Assembly (NCBI GenBank): GCA_964605525.1
Contig: CAZSCV010000006.1
Span: 434-64,433 of the forward strand
Reading direction: 5' to 3'
Source: an uncultured Bdellovibrionales bacterium
GTDB lineage: Bacteria > Patescibacteriota > Minisyncoccia > Moranbacterales > UBA9337
DNA: 64,000 nt
In this document: one piece after another, positions 48,607 to 57,357 of the stretch
Layout: each line of letters opens with the position of its first letter
Numbering within the stretch: the stretch's first letter is position 1
Translations under genes and position numbers: made by a program
The notes under the pieces: generated by a model
Database searches by the model: none
What the model saw: only the letters and a program-made list of their open reading frames with translations
Told to the model about the DNA's origin: nothing

Positions 48607-49866
48607 TTAGTCCACTTCAATTTCATTGTTTTTGCAAATCTTGGCGTATTCCAATGCGCTGGAGCGGATTTTGCGTTCAAGTGTTTTATAATCCATTTCA
48701 ATAAGTCCAAAGCGGGGCCAAAAACCACGAACTTCTGGAAATTCATAATTATCCAGCAGAGACCAATGCAAATATCCTCTCACATCGACTCCTTCACTAA
48801 TCGCTTTATATACCTGAACAAGATGATCCTTGATAAACTTTTCTCTTTTTCGATCATTAGCATCAGCAATACCATTCTCAGTTATATAAACAGGAAGATC
48901 ATATTTTTTCAAACCAATCAAAACCTTATAAATTCCTTCTGGATGAATTTCCCAACCAAGATCATTTCTTTTTTCATCTAATAATTCCCTAAACATGTCA
49001 GGAGAAATTAATAAACGCGTATAATAATTGCAACCAATGAAATCTTCATAACCATTTGCCTTCTTAGTAAAATAGTTTGAAAAATATGTTGGGATTGCAG
49101 AAATAAATTTATCCAATGGCTTAAATAATTTTGATTCATATACATAATAACTATGAGCAAGACCAACATTTGCAGCTTCATCTATTTGATGAATAAGAGC
49201 ATAAGATTTTTTATAAACAGACAGAAGATTAAAATATGCCTTTAAAAAAGTTATGAGATTTTTCTTTGCTGGTGGCTGAGCCCCAGTCAAATATCCAAAA
49301 CCCAAACCCACATTAGGTTCATTAACAACAATCCAAAATTTTACATCGTTTTTTAATTCACTAACAATCTTTTCAACAAATCTTAAAAAATATTTCTGAG
49401 ATTTTTTATTTATCCATCCTCCTTTTTCGTTGAACCAAACCGGCTCCGTCCAATGCCAAAGTGTCACAAAAGGCTCCATCCCTCGTTCTTTTAGAGCAAG
49501 AATGACTTTGCGATAATGCTCAATTTCTTTTTCATCAAATTTCCCCTCTTCGGGTTCAATACGCGACCATTCGATTGAAAATCTGTGCGCATTATGACCA
49601 AGTTCTTTGGCAATTTCAAAATCCTCTTCGTAGCGGTTATAATGGTCGCAAGCGCGGCCGGAAATATAATTTTCTTTTTCAAACATTTCCGGAAATTTTT
49701 CTTGTTGCCATTTTTTCCATTTTTTCCCAGCTTCTTCCGCCAATCTTTCGGCATTTTCTTTTTCCCACTCAGTCCAATTATTCCTCAAACCACCTTCAAC
49801 TTGATGTGCCGAAGTAGAAGCCCCCCACAAAAAACCTTTTGGAAATTTGAGTTTTTTAGTTTCCAT
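48607..49866 (-). CDS. Glycoside hydrolase family 1 (beta-glucosidase-like)
   Basis: FLWGASTSAHQVEG, the catalytic nucleophile ITENG, and YLHWSLLDNYEF. Confidence 0.8.
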   Translation of the reverse strand: METKKLKFPKGFLWGASTSAHQVEGGLRNNWTEWEKENAERLAEEAGKKWKKWQQEKFPEMFEKENYISGRACDHYNRYEEDFEIAKELGHNAHRFSIEWSRIEPEEGKFDEKEIEHYRKVILALKERGMEPFVTLWHWTEPVWFNEKGGWINKKSQKYFLRFVEKIVSELKNDVKFWIVVNEPNVGLGFGYLTGAQPPAKKNLITFLKAYFNLLSVYKKSYALIHQIDEAANVGLAHSYYVYESKLFKPLDKFISAIPTYFSNYFTKKANGYEDFIGCNYYTRLLISPDMFRELLDEKRNDLGWEIHPEGIYKVLIGLKKYDLPVYITENGIADANDRKREKFIKDHLVQVYKAISEGVDVRGYLHWSLLDNYEFPEVRGFWPRFGLIEMDYKTLERKIRSSALEYAKICKNNEIEVD

Positions 49867-50488
49867 TTTTATTTTTTACCAATCGATTATATATTCCGTA
49901 TTTCGAAACCACTTCCCGCAAAATCAAAGTTATCGCAAAAGAAACTGCAATCGCCAGACCCGTATTGATATTTTTCAAAAGATAAAAAGACAACGCGCCC
50001 CAAAATGCCGAAAAAACATAATTTGATCCGTGCGTGAGCGAAAGCGGAACACCTCCCATAATCGCATCGCGAATCAAACCCCCGCCAAATCCGGTGAGCA
50101 TCCCCAAAAAAACCGAAACCAAAAGCGAATTCAAAGAAAAATGATTACCTCCGAACAAAAAAGAATTGGAAATTGAAACTCCAATAATCACAAACGCCGC
50201 CAACCCGACCGAATCAATAAAACGAAAAAAGGAATATTTTTTCTCAAAAAATGACGGTGCCGCATAAATCACAACTCCCGCCAAAATCGCCACCAATAGA
50301 TAATTTGGATCTTTGAAATAAAAAAGCGGAGTCCTGCCGATTGCCACATCACGAAAAGTTCCCCCGCCAACCGCCGTAATAATTCCCAAAAAAATCACAC
50401 CGAAAATGTGCAATCGCGCACCCTTAGCCTTGTACGCCCCCGTCACCGCAAATGCAAATGTCCCTAATAAATCCAAAAAATACAGCAT
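49856..50488 (-). CDS. UPF0126 / TRIC-like (YadS/YicG family) membrane protein
   Basis: Two repeated GGG..RD motifs (GGGTFRD, GGGLIRD) in a 7-TM protein. Confidence 0.65.
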   Translation of the reverse strand: MLYFLDLLGTFAFAVTGAYKAKGARLHIFGVIFLGIITAVGGGTFRDVAIGRTPLFYFKDPNYLLVAILAGVVIYAAPSFFEKKYSFFRFIDSVGLAAFVIIGVSISNSFLFGGNHFSLNSLLVSVFLGMLTGFGGGLIRDAIMGGVPLSLTHGSNYVFSAFWGALSFYLLKNINTGLAIAVSFAITLILREVVSKYGIYNRLVKNKNGN

Positions 50489-50502
50489 ATGGTTTTTAAT
50501 TC

Positions 50503-51138
50503 CTATCTTTTCTCCAAAATTTCCAGAATTCTGCCAATTTTTTCCCTATCCAACTGTTCCAATTTTTTCGAAATGGCGCAGATTTCTCTTTCTGCCTTTT
50601 TGTCCGTCGCCAAATCCATTTCCCATTTTTTCCGATCCCGCTCCGCATCCCGATTCTGGCTCATCATAATAATCGGCGCTGCATACGCCGCTTGAAAACT
50701 AAGCGCCAAATTCAAAAGAATAAACGGATATGGATCCCAATGATTCATCCAAGCCACTACATTCAAAACAACCCAAATTCCAAAAATAATACTCTGAATT
50801 ATGATAAACTTCCAGCTTCCAATTACTGCCGTTATTCTGTCCGATGCCTTTTCTCCAAAACCAAGCTTACTATTTGAATGTCTGGGCGCGATATTGTTTT
50901 TAACAATCGGATTATTTTTTCCAATCGCACAGCAACACGCCCACTTTTGAATCAATTGAAATAAGAAATAAACAAAATTGGCAGATACAACGAAAATGAA
51001 AAATGCCACAGACACCAAAGCTAGTGTAAAAAAGAAAAAATCCTCCGCTCCAAAAAAGGCATAAATAATATTGTGCAAAAGCAAGGAAGATATGAAAACT
51101 GCCAATGACCACCAAATTATGCTTATTCTTTTTTTCAT
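50503..51138 (-). CDS. DUF1003-family membrane protein
   Basis: PFILLNLALSFQAAYAAPIIMMSQNR followed by a charged coiled tail. Confidence 0.5.
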   Translation of the reverse strand: MKKRISIIWWSLAVFISSLLLHNIIYAFFGAEDFFFFTLALVSVAFFIFVVSANFVYFLFQLIQKWACCCAIGKNNPIVKNNIAPRHSNSKLGFGEKASDRITAVIGSWKFIIIQSIIFGIWVVLNVVAWMNHWDPYPFILLNLALSFQAAYAAPIIMMSQNRDAERDRKKWEMDLATDKKAEREICAISKKLEQLDREKIGRILEILEKR

Positions 51139-51251
51139 TTTTATTTTATTTTATTTTTACTACATTTGCATAATACCACAATAATCTGAATTTTTCAAAA
51201 TTTAAAATCAAAAAACCGCCTGATTTTTCAGGCGGCTTAAGCAGTGTCTTC

Positions 51252-52568
51252 TTATTTTTTCTCAATTTTTTCCATATTATTCGGCATCCATTTTCGCAGC
51301 GCCTCCGGGATTATGACGCTTCCATCTTGCTGTTGATAATTTTCCAAAATGGCGATTATTATTCTTGGGGAAGGGATGGCAGTATTGTTAATCATATGGA
51401 CAAAATTCTTTTTCCCTTCGCTGTTTTTGTACCGCACATTCAACCTTCTCGCTTGCCAATCCAAAAAATTCGAAGCTGATCCTGTTTCCCCCCAGCGGTT
51501 CATTCCCGGCATCCACGCTTCCAAATCAAACATTTTGTATTTTCCAGCACTCATATCCCCGGTACAAATACTCAAAACGCGATAAGGCAATCCCAAATCC
51601 CGATGAAGCTCTTTGGAAATCTCCACCATCTCCAAGTGCATTTTATTTGAATCATCAATATTATTTTTCGTAAGGCAGACCTGTTCCACTTTCATAAATT
51701 CATGCACGCGATACAAGCCTTTGGTATCTTTTCCATAACTTCCAATCTCACTGCGATAGCACTGAGAAAACCCGCAAAATTTTACCGGAAGCTGGGACTC
51801 ATCCAAAATTTCATTAGCATAATACGCCAACAAAGAAGGCTCGGCTGTGCCCACTAGAAATTTATTCTCTTTATTTATTCCGCCTTCTTCATTTTTATCT
51901 ATATTTTCAATTTTATATATCTCATCAACTTCAGGATCGAAATTCTTTCCGGAAAAATATCCCGTCCCGAAAAGCACGAATTCTTTTACCAGAGTTGGAG
52001 GAATAATCGGAGCAAATCCTTTTTGAACCAATTTTTCCAAAGTAAACATCATCAGTGCCATCTGCAAACTTGCTCCTTCATTTTTCATATAATAACCCCG
52101 ATATCCGGCAACTTTAGCCCCTCGTTCGAAATCAATAATATCCAAATCTTTCGCAATTTCAATATGCGTCTTGGGTTCAAAATCGAATTTTAAAATTTCT
52201 CCTGATTTTTCAATTTCAACATTATCCTTTTCATCTCTTCCAACTGGAGTATCTTCTGAAGGAATATTCGGAACTTTCACCATCATGTCATCAAAATTTT
52301 TCTGTGTTTTTTCCAATAGCGGTTCCAGCCTTAACAATTTTTCTTTTACTTCTTTTCCTCTTTCGATAACCGATTTTTTATCTTCAGCCCTCTGCATATC
52401 TTCATTAATTTTGTTTTTCTGAGCCTGAAGTTCTTCAATTTCTTGCATCATTTTCACGCGTTCTCTATCCATTTCCAAAAGACGATCCAAATCAAGATTG
52501 ATATTTTTGTTTTCAATAGCCTTTTTCAATTCCTGGCTATTTTCTCTGATAAATTTAATATCCAACAT
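51252..52568 (-). CDS. serS: Serine--tRNA ligase
   Basis: N-terminal coiled-coil arm plus class II core motifs. Confidence 0.9.
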   Translation of the reverse strand: MLDIKFIRENSQELKKAIENKNINLDLDRLLEMDRERVKMMQEIEELQAQKNKINEDMQRAEDKKSVIERGKEVKEKLLRLEPLLEKTQKNFDDMMVKVPNIPSEDTPVGRDEKDNVEIEKSGEILKFDFEPKTHIEIAKDLDIIDFERGAKVAGYRGYYMKNEGASLQMALMMFTLEKLVQKGFAPIIPPTLVKEFVLFGTGYFSGKNFDPEVDEIYKIENIDKNEEGGINKENKFLVGTAEPSLLAYYANEILDESQLPVKFCGFSQCYRSEIGSYGKDTKGLYRVHEFMKVEQVCLTKNNIDDSNKMHLEMVEISKELHRDLGLPYRVLSICTGDMSAGKYKMFDLEAWMPGMNRWGETGSASNFLDWQARRLNVRYKNSEGKKNFVHMINNTAIPSPRIIIAILENYQQQDGSVIIPEALRKWMPNNMEKIEKK

Positions 52569-52634
52569 AAAATCATTTTAACTTTTTAACATACTAGCAT
52601 ATTAGCATTTATTCCCTATTTTTGCAATAAAACA

Positions 52635-53114
52635 TTGACACATCCGACGCTTCGTCCTAAACTGAAACAACGTAAAAAATATTCCGCTAATCCTTCAAGA
52701 AAAAAAATAATGTCCCAAAAAAAATTTCAGGAAAAATTCAAAGTGAAAAAATCCGGCTCCGGACTCGGTCTTTTTGCCGAAAAAGATTTTAAAAAAAATG
52801 ACTTCGTAATTGAATATACCGGGGAAATTATTTCTGAAAAAGAAGCCGAGAAACGCCAAGGAAAATATCTTTTTACCATAAATTCAAAGTGGTGCATCGA
52901 CGGAAAAGAAAGAAAAAACATCAGTCGCTATATCAATCATTCTTGCCGACCAAACTGCGAAGCTCGCTTATCGGGAAAAAAAGTTTTTATTTATGCCAAG
53001 AAGAAAATCCTCCCGGGAGATGAGTTGACTTACAATTATGGAAAAGAATACTTTGACGAATTCATCAAGCCTTATAGTTGCAAATGCCAAGCTTGCCAAA
53101 AGATACCATTTTAA
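52635..53114 (+). CDS. SET-domain protein lysine methyltransferase (likely start at 52710, MSQKKF)
   Basis: GLGLFAEKDFKKNDFVIEYTGEII, the NHSCRPNC motif, ELTYNYG, and a post-SET CKCQAC. Confidence 0.75.
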   Translation: MTHPTLRPKLKQRKKYSANPSRKKIMSQKKFQEKFKVKKSGSGLGLFAEKDFKKNDFVIEYTGEIISEKEAEKRQGKYLFTINSKWCIDGKERKNISRYINHSCRPNCEARLSGKKVFIYAKKKILPGDELTYNYGKEYFDEFIKPYSCKCQACQKIPF

Positions 53115-53156
53115 AAAAAATACTCCCTTGGTCTTTTCAACTGCAATAAGCTTCAG

Positions 53157-53309
53157 TTTTAAAAAAAATAATAAATTTTTATTTTTACTCTTGTCTTTGT
53201 GCGTATAAAAAAAGAACTCCGTACTCAAACCAACCGAAAATTAGAAAAACAAGATAAATATAGCCAAAAGAGGCAATTGGAAAAATAAAAATTTATTATT
53301 TTTTTAAAA
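53157..53309. mobile_element. MITE-like element (second copy of the family at 20116..20260)
   Basis: The 30-bp terminal inverted repeats ttttaaaaaaaataataaatttttattttt (53157..53186) match the reverse complement of 53279..53309. Internal blocks are conserved with the other copy. Confidence 0.45.
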
Positions 53310-53319
53310 TTTATATTTT

Positions 53320-53760
53320 TCAAATATCAACCAAGAATAATTTATTTTTCAATTTCGAGGACTTATATATCTCTGATTTGTATGCTTTCAAGCGAAAAAT
53401 CTCCGTTTTATCCAATTCAAACTCCCTTAATTTTTCTTCCAACTCTTCAATAAAAAATTTCTGGTCATATCCCAAGCAAATCACGTCCGGTTTGTGCTTT
53501 TTTATGATTGCATATTTATCTCCCAAACCTCCCAAAACAACTTCGTCCGCCAAGGCGCTTTTCTGAATCATTCTCATTCGTGCTTGTTCCTTGTTTTTTG
53601 TATCTTGTTTTTTGAAAACTTTGACTGTTTTATCCCGCGCCACGACCACAATCAAATAATCCCCGAATTTCCTTGCCTGCCGCAAAAAACTCCGGTGCCC
53701 CGGATGGAAAATATCAAAAGTCCCGAAAACCATCACTTTCTTTTTTCCGCTCTTATCCAT
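53320..53760 (-). CDS. Cytidylyltransferase-family nucleotidyltransferase (HxGH; TagD/RibL-like)
   Basis: VMVFGTFDIFHPGHRSFLRQAR. The size of 146 aa is typical of glycerol-3-P cytidylyltransferase or FAD synthase (RibL-type). Confidence 0.65.
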   Translation of the reverse strand: MDKSGKKKVMVFGTFDIFHPGHRSFLRQARKFGDYLIVVVARDKTVKVFKKQDTKNKEQARMRMIQKSALADEVVLGGLGDKYAIIKKHKPDVICLGYDQKFFIEELEEKLREFELDKTEIFRLKAYKSEIYKSSKLKNKLFLVDI

Positions 53761-54347
53761 TATTTTTTAACACTGTCCAAATATTTTTTAATTCCCAATC
53801 CCCGATGGCTGATTTGCGCTTTTTCATCCTCGGAAAGTTCGGCATAATTTTTTCCAAAATGCAAAGAGTGGAAAATCTTATCATAACCGAAATCCGCTTC
53901 GCCACGAAATTCATCCGTAATGTATCCCTCCGCTTTGTTTTCAAATTCAAAAAAATCATCATTTTCAGGGCTATAAATCGCCAAAGCGCCGATATATCGG
54001 CAAGTCCTTTCCTTTTCCGGAATATGTTTCAATTTTTCCTGCAATTTCAAGCATCGATCCAAATCAGTTCCATGATGCCATCTTTTCGAATGAAGTCCCG
54101 GAGCGCCGGAAAGCGCATCGACAAAAAGACCCGTGTCATCAGACAAAGAAACCAGACCGGACTTTTTTCCAAAATACTCCGCTTTCTTTTTCGCATTTTC
54201 CATCAGCGTTTCAGCATCTTCCTCGACATCATCAAAAATACCAACATCAGAAAGTGAAACCAATTCAAAATCAGCCCCATGGATTTTGAAAATTTCTCGA
54301 AACTGGTCAAGTTTATTTTTATTGGTTGTCGCAATCAATAATTTCAT
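53760..54347 (-). CDS. rdgB: dITP/XTP pyrophosphatase (Ham1/RdgB)
   Basis: LLIATTNKNKLDQFREI...SGLVSLSDDTGL...HSKRW. Confidence 0.85.
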   Translation of the reverse strand: MKLLIATTNKNKLDQFREIFKIHGADFELVSLSDVGIFDDVEEDAETLMENAKKKAEYFGKKSGLVSLSDDTGLFVDALSGAPGLHSKRWHHGTDLDRCLKLQEKLKHIPEKERTCRYIGALAIYSPENDDFFEFENKAEGYITDEFRGEADFGYDKIFHSLHFGKNYAELSEDEKAQISHRGLGIKKYLDSVKK

Positions 54348-54778
54348 TTTATTTTGCTCAAATCTCCGTTAATAATAATCGGCTGCACCGCCTCGATTTC
54401 ATCCAAGTATCCACACTCTTCTTTTTTTGGATACGGATTATACATAAAAATCTTTTTATTATTTACATAAGCAAATCCCAATTCCATCAGTACGTTTCCT
54501 CCGATATAATTTTCCTTACCATTTTTTTCTAAATTAACAACCAAAACCGCATCACTAGAAACAATTGCATTGTAATACCATCTAATGTAATCATTTTCAA
54601 TCTTGGCTTTGGCATGTTCTCCATTTTCTACCAAACTCCAAATTTCCTGCCTCTTTCCTTGAACAAAATCCTCATAATGCGGATGAATCACAGCATCATG
54701 CCCCATTTCTATCAACTCTTTTTTAAGAGCAACTTTTTTTTCCTTAAATGCGCTACTCCCTAATATAGTAATCCTCAT
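54344..54778 (-). CDS. Nucleoside 2-deoxyribosyltransferase-like protein
   Basis: The pattern ILGSS...DAVLVVNL...GGNVLMELGFAYV is characteristic of the NDT/YtoQ fold. Confidence 0.5.
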   Translation of the reverse strand: MRITILGSSAFKEKKVALKKELIEMGHDAVIHPHYEDFVQGKRQEIWSLVENGEHAKAKIENDYIRWYYNAIVSSDAVLVVNLEKNGKENYIGGNVLMELGFAYVNNKKIFMYNPYPKKEECGYLDEIEAVQPIIINGDLSKIK

Positions 54779-54805
54779 ATGTATGTTTATTTTAAAAAAA
54801 AATTA

Positions 54806-55393
54806 TTATTTAATTTCTATTCCCATTTTCTTAAGCATCTCCACGACGCATTCGATTGGAATCCCCCGCGTCAGATTATTATAGCTGCCGGAAATATTTT
54901 TCACAAAAGTCGCGCTGTAATGCCCGAGCGGATCAAACCCAAGCGCATAAGTGCTGAATTTATCGTCTTGACTCAGATATTTTTCAATTTCTTTCTCATC
55001 AATATCTCGCATATTCACATCGGTTTTCACAACGGATTTCATAGTTCTCCCGTTTTCAGCATCAACTAAAAAAATTCCCGTGTAAAATTGAAACGACTTC
55101 CCGGAAAGATTTTTCAGCCTTTTTTCCGCGTCTTTTTTTGATTTTGGTTTTTCCAATATCTTTCCGTCAAACCACCCGACGGAATCAAAACCGACAACAA
55201 TCCCTTCGTTGACTTTTTCTGCCACCACCTGCGCTTTTTGCCTAGCAAGCTCTTGCACAAGTTCCTCAGGGCTATCAGGCCTTCCCTCAAATTTTTCTTC
55301 GATTTCACTATCCATTGCCTCAAAATCAATCCCAATTGAGCGAAATAATTCCTGTCGATAAGGCGAAGTAGTCGCCAAAATTATTTTTTTCAT
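54806..55393 (-). CDS. maf: Maf-like nucleoside triphosphate pyrophosphatase
   Basis: MKKIILATTSPYRQELF...GFDSVG...SATFVKNISGSYNNLTRGIPIE. Start at the internal Met. Confidence 0.8.
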   Translation of the reverse strand: MKKIILATTSPYRQELFRSIGIDFEAMDSEIEEKFEGRPDSPEELVQELARQKAQVVAEKVNEGIVVGFDSVGWFDGKILEKPKSKKDAEKRLKNLSGKSFQFYTGIFLVDAENGRTMKSVVKTDVNMRDIDEKEIEKYLSQDDKFSTYALGFDPLGHYSATFVKNISGSYNNLTRGIPIECVVEMLKKMGIEIK

Positions 55394-55445
55394 AACAAGT
55401 AAAAAAAAATCAGCTTTTATTGAAAAATAAACATAATTCAATTTA

Positions 55446-55488
55446 TCATATTACCATATTTTGAAATGTTGAAATATTGTAATATTTC
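55446..55488. promoter_or_regulatory. About 43-nt direct repeat with operator-like palindrome (copy 1, upstream of maf)
   Basis: tatcatattaccatattttgaaatgttgaaatattgtaatatttc is identical to 56026..56069 and contains ATTACCATAT-N13-ATATTGTAAT plus GAAATATTGTAATATTTC. Confidence 0.55.
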
Positions 55489-55547
55489 ACAATTTTATAA
55501 TTTTAACCGTACTATATATCTACTGCTTATTGCCTGCCTGTTTCATA

Positions 55548-55961
55548 TCAATTGAACAAATTTTTTATAAAACGATGATAAGGATATTTATCCAGCAAGC
55601 TTTCGGGATTATATGTCATTTTGTTTTTTGTCTTCTTGTTTTTACCTACTTCGTCCACTTTAGTCTTAATCAATTTTTCATAATCGCTCCCCTTGCTGTG
55701 CACCCATCTGTCAATTTGTTGAATTGTATTATTCCCAACATTCAATTTTTTCCTGATATTTTCATAATTCTCTCCTTCCAGTATCATTTTGGCGATTTGA
55801 ATTCTTCTGGCAAGCATTAACGATTCACTGGGCGTAAAAAGTCCCAAGAGAAAATCCACAATTTCCTTTTTGGTTTTCAATTTTGATATGACTTCAAACA
55901 TACCGTCAATAGCGACATATTTTTCTTTATGATCAATCTGATACGGATTAACTTTTGCCAT
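55548..55961 (-). CDS. TrpR-family (YerC/YecD-like) DNA-binding protein
   Basis: ...TPSESLMLARRIQIAKMILEGENYENIRKKLNVGNNTIQQIDRW matches the Trp-repressor-like HTH family. Confidence 0.55.
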   Translation of the reverse strand: MAKVNPYQIDHKEKYVAIDGMFEVISKLKTKKEIVDFLLGLFTPSESLMLARRIQIAKMILEGENYENIRKKLNVGNNTIQQIDRWVHSKGSDYEKLIKTKVDEVGKNKKTKNKMTYNPESLLDKYPYHRFIKNLFN

Positions 55962-56025
55962 CTTATTTTGAATTACTTTTTTATATTATCCGAATCTATC
56001 CCCACTATATATCCTCACTATATAT

Positions 56026-56069
56026 CATTATTACCATATTTTGAAATGTTGAAATATTGTAATATTTCT
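56026..56069. promoter_or_regulatory. About 43-nt direct repeat with operator-like palindrome (copy 2, upstream of the TrpR-like gene)
   Basis: Identical to 55446..55488. Confidence 0.55.
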
Positions 56070-56101
56070 TATTATCAACTATTTTTTAATTTCAATGAAT
56101 A

Positions 56102-56470
56102 TTAAATTCTTTTTAAGGATTCGAAATTTATTTTAGGGTCGTTTTTATCGAAAACATCGATGACTTTGTATTTTCCTTTTGTCCAAATTTCTCCGTTTTC
56201 CAAAAAATGGGTCGCTTCCAGGATTTTTATGCTGGCAATCGGACGGGACAATTTTTCATCGCCTCCGGTTTTGCAAAGCGGAATTTGACCGCCACCCCAA
56301 AACTCACTATCACTGAGCCAATACAATCTTTGACCTTTTTTGAGAAATTCAAAAACCTCTCCCACCTTGAGGTTCTCCGGTACACATTCTTGGATTTCCC
56401 TTTTTCCGGATTTATGCTCAGAAATATCCCTCAGCGCCAAATCCGGATTAAACTCAACAACAATTCCCAT
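56102..56470 (-). CDS. Hypothetical protein
   Basis: 122-aa ORF with no recognisable motif. Confidence 0.35.
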   Translation of the reverse strand: MGIVVEFNPDLALRDISEHKSGKREIQECVPENLKVGEVFEFLKKGQRLYWLSDSEFWGGGQIPLCKTGGDEKLSRPIASIKILEATHFLENGEIWTKGKYKVIDVFDKNDPKINFESLKRI

Positions 56471-56481
56471 AGTATTTTAAA

Positions 56482-57351
56482 TTAATTAGCACTATATTTT
56501 CCTTTAGTGAATCCATTATTAAAATATTCTAAATCATCACTTTCTAATAATTTTTCAATATTATAGCCCTCATTTATTTTATTTTCTTTAAAAATCTCTT
56601 TTTTAGGTGCCACTTCATGGTGTGTCAAAAGACCCATTTCTGGCCAATACATTTTTCTCTCCCAATTCCCATCTCCATTAATATGAGAATGTACAGGTTC
56701 TCTGTCTTTTAAAATAAATATTCTCTCAAAAGCTCTTTTTCTAGCTGAACCGCCAAATTTTTGCTCCCTTGCAATCGCTGTCATAAAACGCATCAACGTT
56801 AATTTCTCCAGCATTACATTTCCACCATTTTTATACAAAAACAATTCTCCGTATTTTTTATAAAACTCTCCATAATTAACAGGAAACATTTTATATTTTC
56901 TCGCCCATTTTAAATTAACAATAAAAAAATCAACTGCCATACCAACATCTTTTATATCATTTTTTTCAGCCACTCCCCAAGCGCAAGTAGTCAAAAGAAG
57001 CCCTTCCTTATCCATTTTATTTATAATATCCTTTAAATAATTTGGATTAATAAGCCATGTATCAGCAGCTAAGATAATTACATAATCAACATCATTTTTA
57101 AATTTTTTTATACCAACATCAATCAAATCTGATGCGCCTTGAAAATGCCAAGTATTTTTTGTTGTTATTAGATAATCTTCTAGATATCTTTCGGGATACC
57201 ACTCTTTTTTTCCGTTAAAAGAATGGATAATTTTTACGTTATCAAAAAAAACATCCTTTTGCCAAACATTTCTGATAATTTCCATGTTTATCCTGGCATC
57301 ATCCACTCTATTGTAGGTATAAATCAAAACTCCAATATTCTTGTTTTTCAT
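56482..57351 (-). CDS. Putative glycosyltransferase (GT-A-like)
   Basis: An N-terminal IGVLIYTYNR motif and an acidic DxD-like motif (ILAADTW). Weak. Confidence 0.4.
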   Translation of the reverse strand: MKNKNIGVLIYTYNRVDDARINMEIIRNVWQKDVFFDNVKIIHSFNGKKEWYPERYLEDYLITTKNTWHFQGASDLIDVGIKKFKNDVDYVIILAADTWLINPNYLKDIINKMDKEGLLLTTCAWGVAEKNDIKDVGMAVDFFIVNLKWARKYKMFPVNYGEFYKKYGELFLYKNGGNVMLEKLTLMRFMTAIAREQKFGGSARKRAFERIFILKDREPVHSHINGDGNWERKMYWPEMGLLTHHEVAPKKEIFKENKINEGYNIEKLLESDDLEYFNNGFTKGKYSAN

Positions 57352-57357
57352 AATAAT

